Shown here piece by piece: positions 52,080-63,693 of a stretch of DNA of 64,000 bases (the first letter of the stretch is position 1; every line of letters begins with the position of its first letter). Where the stretch lies: the NCBI GenBank assembly GCA_030390025.1, contig CM059432.1, positions 116,500,001 to 116,564,000 of the forward strand, given 5' to 3'. The notes under the pieces were generated by a model, which saw nothing but the letters and a program-made list of their open reading frames with translations, was not told the DNA's origin and made no database searches. The position numbers and the translations under genes were made by a program. The stretch is from Squalus acanthias (lineage: Eukaryota).

Positions 52080-52420
52080 CACCTCAGCTTGCCCAAACTG
52101 GAGAGTGATTCTCCGCACACCCTCTCACTAGGAAAATGGCGCCGGCCCTGAGCGCGCCAATGGCCTCCCCGCGCGATTCCTCAGCCCAGCCGCTGAGCGG
52201 CGCTGCTTCTGCTGCTCGCTCGCCCGCCCACCGGCCGAGCACGCACACGGTGCATGTGTGACTGATCCAGCGCGCCGTTCCTCCCGATGCAAATTCCCCG
52301 CCCACACCATTCCCATCGTGCATCGCGACACATAGTGGACATAGATGTCTTTCTGAGCCGCGCTGCACACTGGGAAATGGAGCTCTCCATCAGCTTCACA
52401 ACTGCAAATCTCAACTGGGA
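52080..52420. promoter_or_regulatory. CpG-rich promoter, probable TSS region of the minus-strand host gene
   Basis: CpG-dense non-repeat island ~5 kb upstream of the first coding exon. YY1-like AAAATGGCG 52133-52141, CCAAT 52157-52161, octamer ATGCAAAT 52287-52294, GC box 52296-52303, ZNF143/SPH-like TTCCCATCGTGCATCGC ~52310-52327 and CTGGGAAATGGAG ~52370-52382. Confidence 0.65.
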
Positions 52421-52834
52421 GCGTGTGAGACTGTGATCCCACTTGTGAGACTTCCCCCCCCCCCCATTCCAGTTGGTATGCCTATAATCAATGTACAACC
52501 AGAAAAGTCATACTAATCGCCTTAAAAAAATATTTAGCTTTGTTTAAAATAAATCTATCTCCTGTGAGGCTGAGGCCGAATAAGACTAAAATAGCTATTC
52601 CTAAATTCTGAGATTTACAGATTAGTAAAAGGTGAATTTTGCGGTGGACAGAGATATGCCTTCCGTCAGGAAGAAGCTAGTATCTGTTAGAATAGGCAGT
52701 GGTCCACGTATTCTTTGCTTCTAAAGAGTTTGTATTTTGTACATGGAATTGACGTTTGTGCCACCGAAATGATTAAATTCGATACTCAAAATACAGGTAA
52801 ATGCCCTTAGAATTGTATGTAATTATGAGCATAA

Positions 52835-53362
52835 AATGATTTGCCAAATCCATTGGCAGGATAGGCGCACCAACGTAAGTGTTCTCGCTCAGGCCAACAT
52901 CCCCAGCATCGAAGCTTTGACCACGCTCGATCAGCTCCGATGGACGGGCCACATTGTCTGCGTGCCCGATACGAGACTCCCAAAACAAGCGCTCTACTCA
53001 GAGCTCCGACACGGCAAGAGAGCCCCAGGTAGGCAGAGAAAACGCTTCAAGGACACCCTCAAAGCCTCCTTGAAAAAATTCAATATCCCCACCGACACCT
53101 GGGATCCCTGGCCCAAGACCGCACAAAGGAGAAGCATCCGGGAAGGCGCCGAACACCTTGAGTCTCTTCGCCGGGAGCAAGCAGAAGCCAAGTGCAAACA
53201 GTGGAAGGAGCGCACGTCAACCCAAGCATTCCACCCACCCGCCCCTTCAACCACCATCTGCCCATCTGTGACAGAGATTGGACTCATCAGTCACCTGAGA
53301 ACTCATTTTTAGTGTGGAAGCAAGTCATCGTCGGTTCCGAGGGACTGCCTAAGAAGAAGAAA
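52835..53362 (+). mobile_element. RTE LINE 3' end
   Basis: IHWQDRRTN..QLRWTGH..RLPKQALYSEL..RKRFKDTLK; (AAG)n tail. Confidence 0.88.
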
Positions 53363-54654
53363 ATTATTTATTCAAGCACTTTAAATCAGTTACACCGATT
53401 AGGAAGCATGGAACAGTACCATCAAAATCAGGGAACTGATGAGAGCGAGAATTGGAATTTGAAAGCATAAAGCCAATCAATATGAAAACGAAACATACGG
53501 AAGAGTATTTATTTTTGAAAGTGAAATGAATCAAATTTGGTTACATTTATAATCCAAAATCAGTGGGTTGTACAACAAATAGATTAGACTTGGCAGCTGA
53601 GATGCAAGGGGTTGGACAATGATAGGTGAAGGACAGTATTTTTTTTAAGTATGTTTCTTTTTAAGCATTGAATATTGCTATGAAGAGTATAATTGTTTTG
53701 AAACAGCAGCAGAAACACTTGCACAAATAAACTGGTCTGGAGGATGCAGCAAAAGATGTTTACAAAGAATATCAGGAAGTTGAAGGACTCTTAAATGTAT
53801 CCTTATAAATGTAACTTTGACTGGTAGCCAATGACAGTACATTGCAAAATTGGTATTGGCTGCATTTTCTTATAAAAGGTTCCCCTTCAGCAGTTATTCT
53901 CCAGAGGCAATGGCTGAGCAGCAGAACAATAAATGAAGAACAGCATTCAAGGGCTGGATTTTCCTCTATTTGGCTGCCCTTTTTCTGAACATACTGGTAT
54001 GGCCAATAGAGGAAAATTGGGGAGAGGGTGGTTTGAGGTCTTACGCCAGGTCTTCATCCCAAAAATTGATTGAAGGATTTTCCTCAAACACCACTGGGAA
54101 TGGACATCTTCGGCAGCTGCAGCTCTGTCCCATTGCATACAAATGAGGTGGGTTTTGCTGCTGGGCCACATTAACCTCAATTATTACTCCGTCATTGCTG
54201 GCAGGGAGAGGCGCTGGGACATGCTTGTGGTGGGCCAGAGGCATCCAAACCTCAAGGCCGATGGGACCCAGCTGAGTTGTACCAGCTGCCAAACAGCTGC
54301 AAACACAGCTCACAAGACAGACCTTCAGCACAATCAAATCTGAGGCCACTGCCAAATTATGAGACTTCCCCCATTCGAGTTGGTAGGCCCATTGACAGCC
54401 AGGAAAGTGATTCTAATCGCCTTAACAATATTTATCTTTGTTCAAAATAAATCTGTCTCCTGTGAGGCTGAGGTTACAGGCCAAATAAGACTAAAATAGC
54501 TATTCCTAACAATACTGTTAGCTTTTTCTCTTTTAACTTTTTATTTATCTGGACTGTGAGGTGACTCTTTTAAGCATGGTTACTGTAACAACAGCTATGT
54601 GTGTGCCAAAATTCCAGTGCAGTGACAGACAGAGTGAATGGCAATTACAATTTT

Positions 54655-54822
54655 ACATAAGAACAGAAGAATTAGGAGCAGGAGTAGGTCATATGGCCCC
54701 TCAAGCTCGCTCCGTCATTCAATAAGATCATGGCTGATCTTCGACCTCAACTCCACTTTCCTGCCCTATCCCCATTTCCCTTAATTCCTCTGGAGTCCAA
54801 AAATCTATCTATCTCAGCCTTG
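54655..54822 (-). mobile_element. CR1 3' tail
   Basis: Canonical CR1 stem-loop tail. Confidence 0.85.
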
Positions 54823-55810
54823 ATACAAATCGTAATACAATCATAATACAATCAAGCAGCGTCAACATGGTTTTATGAAAGGGAAATCGTGTTTGACAAA
54901 TTTACTATAGTTCTTTGAGGATGTAACGAGCAGGGTGGATAAAGTGGAACCAGTAGATGTCGTGTATTTGGATTTCCAGAAAGCATTCGATAAGGCGCCA
55001 CATAAAAGGTTACTGCACAAGATAAGAGCTCATGGGGTTGGGGTTAATATATTAGCATGGATAGAGGATTGGCTAACTAACAGAAAACAAAGAGTTGGGA
55101 TAAATAGGCCATTTTCAGGTTGGCAAACTGTAACTAGTGGGGTGTCGCAGGGACCAGTGCTGGGGCCTCAACTATTTACAATGTATATTAATGACTTGGA
55201 TGAAGGGACCGAGTGTAATGTAGCCAAATTTGCTGATGATACAAAGATAGGTGGGAAAGCAAGTTGTGAAGAGGACACAAAGGGCTGGATTTTCAGAGGG
55301 CCGTGGAGTCAGGGTTTGGAGGCGTGTGGGGGGTTAAAATTGCGAAAAGTGGCGGGCGGACCTGATCCCATCTCCATTCCGCCTCCACGCAATTTTGATA
55401 AAATCATGTGCGGTGTTCCCGACTCCGTCCCGCCTCCAAGAGGTGGGAGAGGCCATTAAAGCCCTTAACAAGCCCTAAATTGGCTCTACAATGCCATTTT
55501 GAAACTTTTTAGCTAGTTTAACCCTTTTCCCACGTGAAGCACGCCTGATCTGAAACACGCCAGTGAAACCTGGCGGGACGACAAGTGGATTACTGACTCA
55601 GCTGCAGCTCAACCTTTAAATAGGAGATTTGATCAGCCATCAATTGCAGGTGGCAGGACTTTGTTGTCACAGGTCTGGGGGAACTTTTAGAAGGCATAAC
55701 CACAGCTCTGGAAGTTTGGAGCCTGACACCCATCTCCAGTGTGGCCTCCTGGGAAACCCCTCTCGCCACCCTCATTCAGCGCTTCCTCAACTGAGACATA
55801 TACCAGAGGC

Positions 55811-57061
55811 ATGGAAGCGATTTATTTCCTTCCCTCCTGGGCATCCGATGAGGACGAACACCAGCCACGGCACCAGCAGAACCATGAACAACAGCAGCAC
55901 CAACAGCAGCAGCAACAGCAGGAGCGCCAAGCTGCTGCTCACCCGCCTGAAGCTGCACAGGCCAGAAGGTGCCAGCGCATGGAAGGCCGTCGGCACAGGA
56001 GATACCCCCCAAACAGGGTCTACAGACAGAGGATCAGCTACCTCAACATGTCTGAGCAGCAGTGCCAAAGGCGGCTCCGACTTTCGCGAGAGGTAGTGGG
56101 TGACATTTGCGCAATGCTGCAACAAGACCTGGAGCCCAGAGGACCAGGTGGACACCCCTTACCAGTGGCCGTCAAAGTCACCACCGCACTCAACTTTTTT
56201 GCCTCAGGCTCATTCCAGGGATCAGCAGCAGACATCAGCGGCATCTCCCAGGTGGCCGCACACACCTGCATCAGGCAGGTAACCGATGCCCTCTTTGCCA
56301 TCGCGCACAATCACATCCATTTCACCAAGGATCGAGCAAGTGTCACGGCGCGTGCGGTTGGATTAGCTAATCTGGCAGGCTTTCCAAGGGTGCAGGGCGT
56401 CGTTGACTGCACACATGTGGCCCTTAAGGCAGCCCATTGCAATCCAGGTATTTTTGTCAACCGCAAGGGCTTCCACTCCCTCAACGTTCAGCTGGTGTGT
56501 GACCACAAGAAGGAAGTTCTGCATGTTTGTGCCAAGTACCCTGGCAGTTGCCACGACTCCTTCATACTGCGCCAGTCTAGTGTGCCTCTGCTATTCAGTC
56601 CGCCAGACCAACTTCACGGATGGCTACTTGGAGACAAGGGCTATCCCCTGAAGACGTGGCTAATGACGCTGTTGAGGAGCCCATCCAACGCAGCTGAGGA
56701 GAGCTACAACTCCAGCCACATTTCCACCAGAGCCATAATCGAGCAAACCATCGGTATGCTGAAGATGCGCTTCAGATGCCTGGATAGATCAGATGGAGCC
56801 CTGCAATACTCAGCAGCCAGGGTCTCCAGAATCGTCGTGGTTTGCTGTGCACCTCACAACATGGCACAGCGTCGTGGCTTACAGATGCCGGAGGACCAAG
56901 TGTCTCCTCACATAGCCTCCTCAGATGAGGAGGAGGTGGAGGAGGAGGAGGAGAGAGAGAACGAACAACTTGCAGAGGCCCCTCAACCAGCGGCAGCGTT
57001 ACGCGAGACCATAGCTGCTCGGAATGCAAGGAACGCACTCATCTTGGCCAGATTTGCTTAG
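55811..57061 (+). CDS. HARBI1-like DDE transposase of copy E, open 416 aa
   Basis: [35 protein letters not shown]-terminal polyQ, C-terminal polyE. Confidence 0.93.
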   Translation: MEAIYFLPSWASDEDEHQPRHQQNHEQQQHQQQQQQQERQAAAHPPEAAQARRCQRMEGRRHRRYPPNRVYRQRISYLNMSEQQCQRRLRLSREVVGDICAMLQQDLEPRGPGGHPLPVAVKVTTALNFFASGSFQGSAADISGISQVAAHTCIRQVTDALFAIAHNHIHFTKDRASVTARAVGLANLAGFPRVQGVVDCTHVALKAAHCNPGIFVNRKGFHSLNVQLVCDHKKEVLHVCAKYPGSCHDSFILRQSSVPLLFSPPDQLHGWLLGDKGYPLKTWLMTLLRSPSNAAEESYNSSHISTRAIIEQTIGMLKMRFRCLDRSDGALQYSAARVSRIVVVCCAPHNMAQRRGLQMPEDQVSPHIASSDEEEVEEEEERENEQLAEAPQPAAALRETIAARNARNALILARFA

Positions 57062-57279
57062 CCTAGACAAGCAAGCACTTTTGCCTCGCAGCTTCTTACC
57101 AGAGCTACGACAATGGCCCAGACCCAGCGGATCCCTAACCACCATACAGACAATTGCAAGTTATCCTAAGGCCTCATTGTGGAAGTCCCATTAGCGAAAT
57201 GACAGACGCCACAACTGCAGCTGTAGCCATCAGAGTTTTTATTTACACTTTACACCTGATGGCTTTTTCACATTAAACA

Positions 57280-59295
57280 TCAAATTTCACCCAAGTGACT
57301 ACCCTTGTGACTATTTGTGCAGTTTCTTTCTCTTACGCGTGCTCCTACGTGGTGCTTCCCCGTGGCTTCAGCAGAAGTGGAGTCCCCCTGCTCAGTTTGT
57401 TGCTGCTCCTGTCTCGACACCTTTGGCGGGCGTCCTCTGGGGTTGCGAACCTGCAAGGGCTCGGCAACAGTCTGCTGCTCCTGCGGCTGGGCAGGGGTTG
57501 AGACGCCGATCTCAGTTGGGTGCGGACTCTGGTGGGGCTCTGACCGAGGACTTGTCAGTGGCATGGAAGTGTGAGCGCTTGGAGAGGAGCCCCCACCTCC
57601 TTGTTGTCTGCCACCAACATCCCTCTCATGGGTCAGGTCCACCTCAGCACTTGCAAGTGGATTGAGAGCACCTTGCTGCACATCAGGGGGGCCATGGGGA
57701 CACGTATCTGCACTGGAAGTCCTACTCAGAAGGACTTCCATGAAGGTCTGGTTTCTGTGTTCAATAGATGACCATCGCTCCTCAAGAGATGCCAGTCTAT
57801 TCTGAACAATGACCATGTTTTCTACACTCTGGCGACTTATCTCCTCCATAGCCATAGCCATCCTCTCCTCTACTGTAGCCATCCTTTCCACGGAGGTTGC
57901 CATCCTTTCCACGGAGGTTGCCATCCTTTCCGTGGTGATGTGTTCATGCGCCAATGACTCCACAAAGGCTCTGCTCACGTTCGCTATGGACTCCTCCATT
58001 CGCTCCGCACTCGCAGCGACCCTGGAGACAAAATCTGTCAGAGACTCCTGCATCTGTTCCTGGAGTCCCAGCACCACTGATCTTATGGATGGCCCCAGAG
58101 GCAGAGGGTCGACATGCAGCTGAGCCGAGCGAGGAGAGTCCTGCGCCCTCCGACTAGGACTCTCCACTGCTGTCCCTGTCTCCACCATCTGCTGATGCTC
58201 ACTTGTGAGCTGTGATACACCAGGTGACAACACTACTCTATGTCCCGAGGGTCCCACCGAGGTGTGAGTGTCTGCGCTGGTGCTGGGTGCGCTGAGTTCT
58301 GCTGACGCTGCGCCCTCAGAGGTTGCAGCTTCCTCTGAGGAGTCTGGCTGCTCAGGCTCTTCCTCCTGGCTAGTGGGGATGGGTGCTTGCGATGGTCCTG
58401 TGGGGGAATAAAGGAAAGAGTCAGAGATGTGATGCCAAGGTTACATGCGCATTGCATATTGCAGATGATCATAAATCCATCTGTTAGAGCTTCAGATTCA
58501 TTATCAGCGACTCATGCAAAGTCAATGAGAGAGATGGAACACTATTCTGTCACCAGCTTGTTGTGATGCACCCGTCTGTCCGTCCCCCACTTGCGTATCC
58601 TCCTCTACTCCCACGATCTCCAGGACCGCATCCTCCCAGGGGGTGAGCTGGGCTAATGAGGGTAGCCCTCCTCCTGTCCTGGCTCTTTCCCTTTTATTGT
58701 GAGCTCTCTTTTCCTGCAATGAGGGAGACAAGTGGAGTTTGAGTGAGATTGAAGGAGTGAGTGTAGAGAATCCATAGCATAGATGCTTAGAAGGAGACAA
58801 AGATGGATTGAGGTGGCGAGACTAAGGGCCCTCCCTGTGTGTTGTAAGTTGTTTTCAAAGCATGACAGTGATAGGTAGTGTGAGGGCTGCATAGTCGAAT
58901 AGTAAGGTGAATGTGATCATAGAGGGAGAGGGAATGGGTAAGGGTGCATGAATGTCAGTGTCAAGTGGGATATGGAGGAAGAGGTTGCTAAAGCTGAGTG
59001 CTGGTGAGGAGAGGCAATGGGTACAGATTGAGGGTGAAGGGAAAGTCATACTCACTTTTGCAGTACGTAGAAGGTCATGAAACCTCTTCCTGCACTGGAT
59101 CCAGGTTCTGCAGGTGAAGGATAAGGAGTTGACCTCCTGGGCGACCTGGACCCACACAGCCTTGGTCTGCTGGGGAGGCTTCTTCCTCCCTGAGGAGGGG
59201 AATAGCACCTCTCTGTTGGCTCTTGCTCCATCCACCAAAGCTTGCAGGGCAACGTCATCGAACCTGGGAGCAGACCTGGGTCGTTGGCTGGCCAT
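57280..59295 (-). CDS. Copy E Myb/SANT partner, exons 59056-59295, 58554-58713, 57280-58397 (505 aa spliced)
   Basis: 240+160+1118 nt joined in frame without stops; APRFDD..W..TWIQCRKRFHDLLR; RERARTGGG; heptad coiled coil; probable frameshift near the C-terminus. Confidence 0.88.
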
Positions 59296-60455
59296 TCCTG
59301 CTGCAGTTGCCTCTAGAATAGAGGTCCAAAAGCTTGGCAGCCTGCAGAAGAAGCAAGGCTTGTTGCAGACCTTAAATGCAGCAGCAATGATGACGTCATC
59401 GGAGGCGACTTTCAGACTGGAATAACTCATTGGCCATGGGTTCCCACACGTTGGAACTCAATTGGCCAATTAAGTTAAAATCGCATCATTCATCCACATC
59501 AATCTAGAGTCGGGTGGGCAACACGAAATGCGGATGACATGACCCCAACCCGCCCCAGTATCAAAATCCAGCCCAAAGAGTCTGCAAAGGGATATAGATA
59601 GGTTAAGTGAGTGGGCAAAAGTTTGGCAGATGGAGTATAAGGAGGGAAAATGTGAGGTTATCCACTTTGGTAGGAAAAAGAAAAAAGCAAATTATTATTT
59701 AAATGGAGACAGACTACAAAATGCTGCGATACAGAGGGATCTGGGGATCCTCGTACATGAAACACAAAAAGTTAGCATGCAGGTACATCAAATAATTAGG
59801 AAGGCAATTGGAATGTTGGCCTTTATTGCAAGGGGGAGGGAGTATAAAAGTAGGGAAGTCTTGTTACAACTGTACAGGGCACTGGTGAGACCACACCTGG
59901 AGTACTGCGTGCAGTTTTGGTCTCCTTATTTAAGAAGGAATATACTTGCATTGGAGGCAGTTCAGAGAAGGTTCACTAGGTTAACTCCTGAGATGAAGGG
60001 GTTGTCTTATGAAGAAAGGTTGAGCAGGTTGGGCCTATACTTATTGGAGTTTAGAAGAATGAGAGGTGATCTTATTGAAACATATATGATTCTGAGAGGG
60101 CTTGACTGGGTAGATGCAGGGAGGATGTTTCCCCTCGTGGGGGAATCTAGAACTAGGGGCCATCGTTTCAGAATAAGGGGTCGCCCATTTAAAACGGAGA
60201 TGAGGAGGAATTTCTTCTCTCAGAGGTTTGTAAATCTTTGGAATTCTCTACCCCAGAGAGCTGTGGAGGCGGAGCCATTGAATATATTCAAGGCGGAGAT
60301 AGACATATATTTGAGCTACAGGGGAGTCAAGGGTTATGGGGAGCGGGCGGGAAAGTGGCGTTGAGGCCAAGATCAGATCAGTCATGATCTTATTGAATGG
60401 AGGAGCAGGTTCAAGGGGCCAAATGGCCTACTCCTGCTCCTATTTCTTATGTTAT

Positions 60456-61410
60456 TATGTTCTTTGAATATATTCAATGACTCAGCATCCACAGCACTTT
60501 GGGGCCGAGAATTCCAAGGATCCACATCCCTCTGAATGAAGAAATTCCTCCTCATTTCAGTCTTAAAAGTCCGACCCCTTATCCTGAGACTATGCCCCCT
60601 AGTTCTAGACTCTCCAGCCAGGGGAAACAATCTTTCAGCGTCTACCCTGTCAATCCCCCTCAGAATCTTCTATCTTTCAATGAGATCACCTCTCATTCTT
60701 CTAAACTCCAGAGAGTATAGGCCCAATCTACTCAATCTCTTCTCATAGGACAACCCTCTCATCCCAGGGATCAATCTAGTGAACCTTCATTGCACCACCT
60801 GTAAGGCATGTATATCCTTCCTTAAATAAGGAGACCAAAATTGTGCACAATACTCCAGGTCTCGCCAGAGCCCTGTACAATTGTAGCAAGACTTCCTTAC
60901 TCTTGTACTCCAACCCTCTAGCAATAAAGGCCAACATGCTATTTGCCTTCCTAATTGCTTGCTGTACCTGCATGCTCACTCTCTGTGTTTCTTGTACTAG
61001 GACACCCAAATCTCTCTGAACACCAATATTTAATAGTTTCTCACCATTTAAAAAATATTTTGTTTTTCTATTCTTCCGACCAAAGTGAATAACCTCACAT
61101 TTCCCCACATTATACTCCATCTGCCACCTTATTGCCCACTCACTTAACCTGTCTATATCCCTTTGCAGGCTCTTTGCGTCCTCCTCACATCTTACATTTC
61201 CACCTAGCTTTGTATCATCAGCAAACTTGGATACATCACTCGGTCCCTTCATCTAAGTCATTCATAAAGATTGTAAATAGCTGAGGCTCAAGCACTGTGG
61301 CACCCCACTAGTTACAGCTGCCAATCTGAAAATGCCCCATTTATCGCTACTCTCTGTTTTTTGTCTGTTAACCAATCCTTTATCCATGCTAATACCTTAC
61401 CCCCTAACCC
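60456..61410 (-). mobile_element. CR1 fragment
   Basis: FADDTKLGG..RGDL..RNFF motifs. Confidence 0.9.
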
Positions 61411-61754
61411 CAGGTAAGTTTTTTTCTGTGAAGATGGTAAACTAACTAACTATGCTTTAAGTGTTCTCTACAAACACATTTTTGACAGGAAAACTACTTC
61501 CAATAATGCGACAGTGGTTTGATGTCTCACTCATGAATACCTTAATGAAGATGACATCACAAAGATAAGTACAGATGAGGGAGCCCATCTATCTGACCCT
61601 TCCATAGAAACCTATGGTCCTGCTATCACAGCAACTATCTACCTCCTGAACGATTCTAGAATTTTTGCCTCCAATATCCTACCCTGGATACCACTTCAGA
61701 CATTAATCACTTGTCTCTTACCAGTTTATACCTATGTCTCCTTGCCCTGCAGTT

Positions 61755-62575
61755 ACATAGGATATACAGCACAGAAACAAGCCATTTGGCCCAACCAGTC
61801 CATGCCGGCATTTATGCTCCACTCGAGCCTCCTCCCGTCATTCCTCATCTAACTCTATCAGCATAACCCTCTATTCCCTTCTCCCTCATCTGCTTGTCTA
61901 GCCTCCCCTTAAATGCATCTATACTATTCGCTTCAACCACTTCCTGTGGTAGCGAGTTCCACATTCTCACTACTCTCTGAGTAAAGAAGTTTCTTCTGAA
62001 TTCCCTTTTTGATTTCTTGGTGACTATCTTATATTGATGGCCTCTAGTTTTGCTCTTCCCCACAAGTGGAAACACTCTCTCTGTATCTCCTCTATCAAAA
62101 CCTATCATAACTTTAAAAACTTCTATTAGGTCACTCCTCAGCCTTCTCTTTTCAAGGGAAAAGAGACCCAGCCTGTTCATCCTTTCCTGATAGGTATAAC
62201 CTCGCATTTCTGGTATCCTTGTAAATCTTTTTTGCACCCTCTCCAGTGCCTCTATATCCTTTTTATAATATGGAGACCAGAATTGTACACAGCACTCCAA
62301 GTGTGGTCTAACCAAGGTTCAATACAAGTTCAGCATCATTTCTCTACTTTTCAAATCAATCCCTCTAGAAATAAACCCTAGTGTTTGGTTTGCTGTTTTT
62401 TTTATGGCCTTGTTAACCTGCGTCACTACTTTCAGTGATTTGTGTATTTGTACTCCGAAATCCCTTTGTTCTTCTACCCCACTTAGATTCGTATTTTCCA
62501 AGTAATATGTGACCTCCCTATTGTTCTGAACAAAATGTAATACCTCACATTTATCTGTGTTGAAATTAATTTGCC
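61755..62575 (-). mobile_element. CR1 3' fragment
   Basis: VRPHLECCVQFWSP..RNFFTQRVV; tail. Confidence 0.9.
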
Positions 62576-62988
62576 TTAACTTATGATTTAACTTAAAATA
62601 GAACTTTGGATTTGCCTTTTCTATTCTTCTTAGTACCTTAAATACCTCTATAAGGTCTTCTCATTTGCTCCTTTCAAGTTTGAAGAGTCTTGAGTTTATT
62701 TAGCCTCTCCTCATTACTCAGACTAGGCTTCAGCTTCATAGTCCTTCTCTGCACTATCTTTTCCTTTATATCTTGGTGACCACAGCACAGCTTCAGCATA
62801 CCAGCCTCAGATTTGTACTCTACTAATTTAGCAATATGGCTCAATGTTCTGTTAACTTTACTGATTGCAATTTCCTCCCTCATTCACATGTCCCTGCTGG
62901 CTCCAAACTCCATCACCACTGTGTTTCACTCATGGAGAAAACTACCCACAATTCCCTCCTGACGCCTTTCTGATCTACCACCTGACAG

Positions 62989-63268
62989 CCTGGCCAAAGT
63001 GGCCATTAACAGGTCCAGGCAGCGGGCGGTCGAGGGGGTCGTTCGGCCCAATTGCCTACCTCTCTTCCGCGGCTATGTTCGCGCCCGGGTGGCCCTGGAG
63101 ATGGAGCACGCGGTGTCCGCCGGCACGCTTGAAGCCTTCCGAGACCGGTGGGCGCCGCAGGGACTGGAGTGCATCGTCTCCCCGGACAATGTTATTTTAG
63201 TTTAATGAGATAAGTTTCATTTGAAGTTTTGTTAAGTTACAGTCGTTTTATGTTGACTCAAAAAGAGT
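62989..63268 (+). mobile_element. Tx1-like LINE 3' end with 13-bp TSD
   Basis: LAKVAINRSRQRAVEG..CLPLFRGYVRARV..RWAPQG (Tx1-type ORF2 C-terminus); TACCACCTGACAG at 62976-62988 and 63269-63281. Confidence 0.8.
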
Positions 63269-63281
63269 TACCACCTGACAG

Positions 63282-63693
63282 ACAGACAGACAGACTTGCA
63301 TTTATATAGCACCTTTCACGACCACCGGACGTCCCAAAGCACTTTACAGCCAATGAAGTAATTTTGAAGTGTAGTCACTGTTGTAATGTAGGAAACGCGG
63401 CAGCCAATTTGCGCACAGCAAGCTCCCACAAACAGCAATGTGATAACGACCAAATAATCTGCTTTTGTTATGTTAATTGATGGATAAATATTGGCCAGTA
63501 CACTGGGGATAACTCCCCTGCTCTTCTTCAAAATAGTGCCATGGGATCTTTTACATCCACCTGAGAGAAAGCAGATGGGGCCTCAGTTTTATCATCTCAT
63601 CTGACAGTGTAGCACACCCTCAGTACTGCACTGGAGTGTCAGCTTAGATTTTTGTGCTCAAGTCTCTGGAGTGGGACTTGAACCCACAACCTT
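63282..63693 (-). mobile_element. Deu-domain SINE (SacSINE1/AmnSINE1-like) with L2 tail
   Basis: B-box GGTTCAAGTCCC; Deu core GTAAAAGATCCCATGGCACTATTTTGAAGAAGAGCAGGGGAG; L2-type tail and (GTCT)n. Confidence 0.85.

Larger units (their letters stand above)
55282..59574. mobile_element. PIF/Harbinger copy E (4293 bp), near-intact autonomous type
   Basis: Perfect 12-bp TIR GGGCTGGATTTT / AAAATCCAGCCC; AAA TSD at 55279-55281 and 59575-59577. Confidence 0.96.
54845..60455 (+). mobile_element. CR1 3' part (54845-55281 + 59575-60455) split by Harbinger copy E
   Basis: RT frame FADDTKIGGKASCEEDT|KSLQRDID rejoins exactly after removing E and one AAA. Confidence 0.93.

Noticed and set aside
52083..52150. 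Exact non-coding first exon of the host gene
   Set aside because: The only nearby donor (GAG|GTGGAG) is weak; boundaries cannot be fixed without transcripts.
52500..52640. snRNA-type gene (PSE/TATA-like) downstream of the octamer
   Set aside because: The PSE match is loose and no known RNA sequence follows.
53700..53800. Plus-strand exon of a divergent neighbour gene
   Set aside because: Better explained as a decayed CR1 segment; no convincing splice pair and no recognisable protein.
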